Below are positions 62,401 through 64,000 of a stretch of DNA of 64,000 bases, in pieces. Under the pieces are notes generated by a model, which saw only the letters and a list, made by a program, of their open reading frames with translations, made no database searches and had not been told where the DNA came from. The stretch is from Hemiscyllium ocellatum. Taxonomy: Eukaryota. The position numbers and the translations under genes are program-made. Positions within the stretch are counted from its first letter, which is position 1. Each line of letters starts with the position of its first letter. The stretch is taken from NCBI RefSeq assembly GCF_020745735.1, contig NC_083421.1, forward strand, positions 62,735,001-62,799,000. The letters run 5' to 3'.

Positions 62401-62694
62401 TTATTTTACCCTATTGTTACTTTAGTACAGTATAGACTATTAAATCTTATTCTTGTTTGGTCCCAATCAGATCAGCCTTTGATCTTTCTGTGAGAGTCCC
62501 CCCCTCACTCGCTCTGCTGCGATGCTGACTACTATCACAGGTCTTCACCTGCTCTTTTGAATATTTTTTTCTGCTTCTGCTAAAGAAAATGATCCAAGAA
62601 AAATGATTTTATTTTATGTCTGATTTTCTTAATGGAAATTGCTTCCTCTTTGAACAAATTGCTTAAAAATAAACTGAATTGTGATTGTTTCCAG

Positions 62695-62824
62695 GATCGT
62701 AAAATGCTAGCAGCAGCGCAACAGATGTTACAAGCCAGCAAAATAAAGATTGATATAATCCGAATGCAGATCCTAAAAATAAATCACTCCATTGGACCAT
62801 CTGAGGATAACAGTGACAGCATAG
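62695..62824 (+). CDS. PKN3: PKN3 exon 4
   Basis: [43 protein letters not shown](G); ttccag| and |gtgggt; AAAQQML is PKN3-like. Confidence 0.93.
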
Positions 62825-63515
62825 GTGGGTGCCAGAAATAGGAAGTTTGCTGAAAACGTATCTATATCACAGTTCCTGTTTGGCCTTTACTTGTAAATAA
62901 TGTTTGTGGGTGTGCAGTCTGTGCACTCTGTTATTGGCTGTTATATCACTTCAATGGATGACCCTTTGCCTAGAAACTTTTGCTTATGCTGCTCTGAACC
63001 AATAGTTAAGAACTGTGCTACAGCAGCCCAAAACCTCATTCTGTGAACGTGTCATTGATTACTTAGCACAAGGGAGACTGTCAGCTCTGAGGCACAAGAG
63101 ATGTAACTGCTTTCTCTCAGCATCATGTCTGTAGACACACTGCACCAGTGATTTAAGCGCTATGATCAAATTGCACTCTGACCGTTACCAACTGAGAGGA
63201 TTGAAAAGTAACTTTCTCACAACATCCAAATATCACTTTGTTAGCCCTTTTTAATATTTTTTTTTCCATCCAATCTTTCTTGCACCCTGTGGGGATGCGT
63301 CTGATATTCATGCACCATTTTCCAATTTGCCTTGGTTAACTTGTGTTTATGTTATATTAACCAAGCAGTTTAGCTGTTGGCTGTCATCCTTACTTAATAT
63401 ATTTTTATAAATAGATTATTTTAAAAAAATAAAAGTTTTAGCCACTCCAAGAAACCATACCTTACTGCTGAGACTTTTTGATCTCACTTTCTATTTTTTT
63501 TGGGTTGCAACAAAG

Positions 63516-63655
63516 GAATCATCAGTCCTTTGGAGCTGCGAATTGAAGAACTGAGACACCATCTCTGGGTTGAGTCTGCAATAGCAGAAGGTGCAAAAAA
63601 TGCAGTGAAGTTGCTGGAAGGAAGGAGAATCCAGGACAAGAAAGTTCTTTTTGAG
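63516..63655 (+). CDS. PKN3: PKN3 exon 5 (HR1c); gene continues beyond window end
   Basis: (G)[46 protein letters not shown]; |gtatgt; RRIQDKK resembles PKN3 RRTQDRK; acceptor position slightly uncertain. Confidence 0.9.
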
Positions 63656-64000
63656 GTATGTTGAAGCTAATATGGGATAATAGCACAATTTATGCTAAAT
63701 GAGTGAGACTGAGGAAACCTAGCAAAAATGATTTCTAATTCAATTATGGAAAAACAGGTTACATTTGGTAAAATACTGAAAAAGCTTTAAAAAACCTGAA
63801 TTACTGAAGAATCTCAGCAAGTCAGGCACTATCTTGAGAAAGAAAAAAGCAAAAAAAAATTGTTAATCTTTCAGCTTGATGTCCTTTTTCATCAGAACTG
63901 GACAAGTAAAAGTTAAGTACATGTAGATTCTGAGGAAAAAGGGTTGGGAGGTGAAGTTAAAACAAAGGAGGAAGAGCATTAATGGGACAGAAGTCAGGAT

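Overview
Eukaryotic, repeat-rich vertebrate genomic DNA. The repeat families (CR1/HER1-type LINEs with (CTATGACT)n-like tails, HE1/V-SINE-type tRNA SINEs, Deu-domain SINEs, Penelope-like elements) point to a cartilaginous fish, probably a shark (inference). Four spliced genes could be reconstructed by hand with consistent splice phases. (1) The 5' part of DYNC2I2/WDR34 (- strand, 3 coding exons, continuing beyond the left edge). (2) A complete SET/TAF-I-beta gene (+, 8 exons, 280 aa, last intron GC-AG) head-to-head with DYNC2I2 across a ~640-bp CpG-rich promoter, plus a candidate alternative first exon. (3) A complete two-coding-exon gene (-, 175 aa) for a signal-peptide-bearing, stand-alone cereblon thalidomide-binding (CULT) domain with an intact tri-tryptophan pocket. 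(4) The first five exons of a protein kinase N (+, PKN3 by synteny and diagnostic residues). The most notable non-genic signal is a set of more than 10 minimal hammerhead-ribozyme motifs carried by Penelope-like element termini; several are intact and many have lost the catalytic G through the same CpG transition. There is also a 33-bp minisatellite expanded from inside a Deu-type SINE, and several nested insertions with readable target-site duplications. Homology statements come from recalled family sequences, not from searches, and repeat boundaries are approximate.
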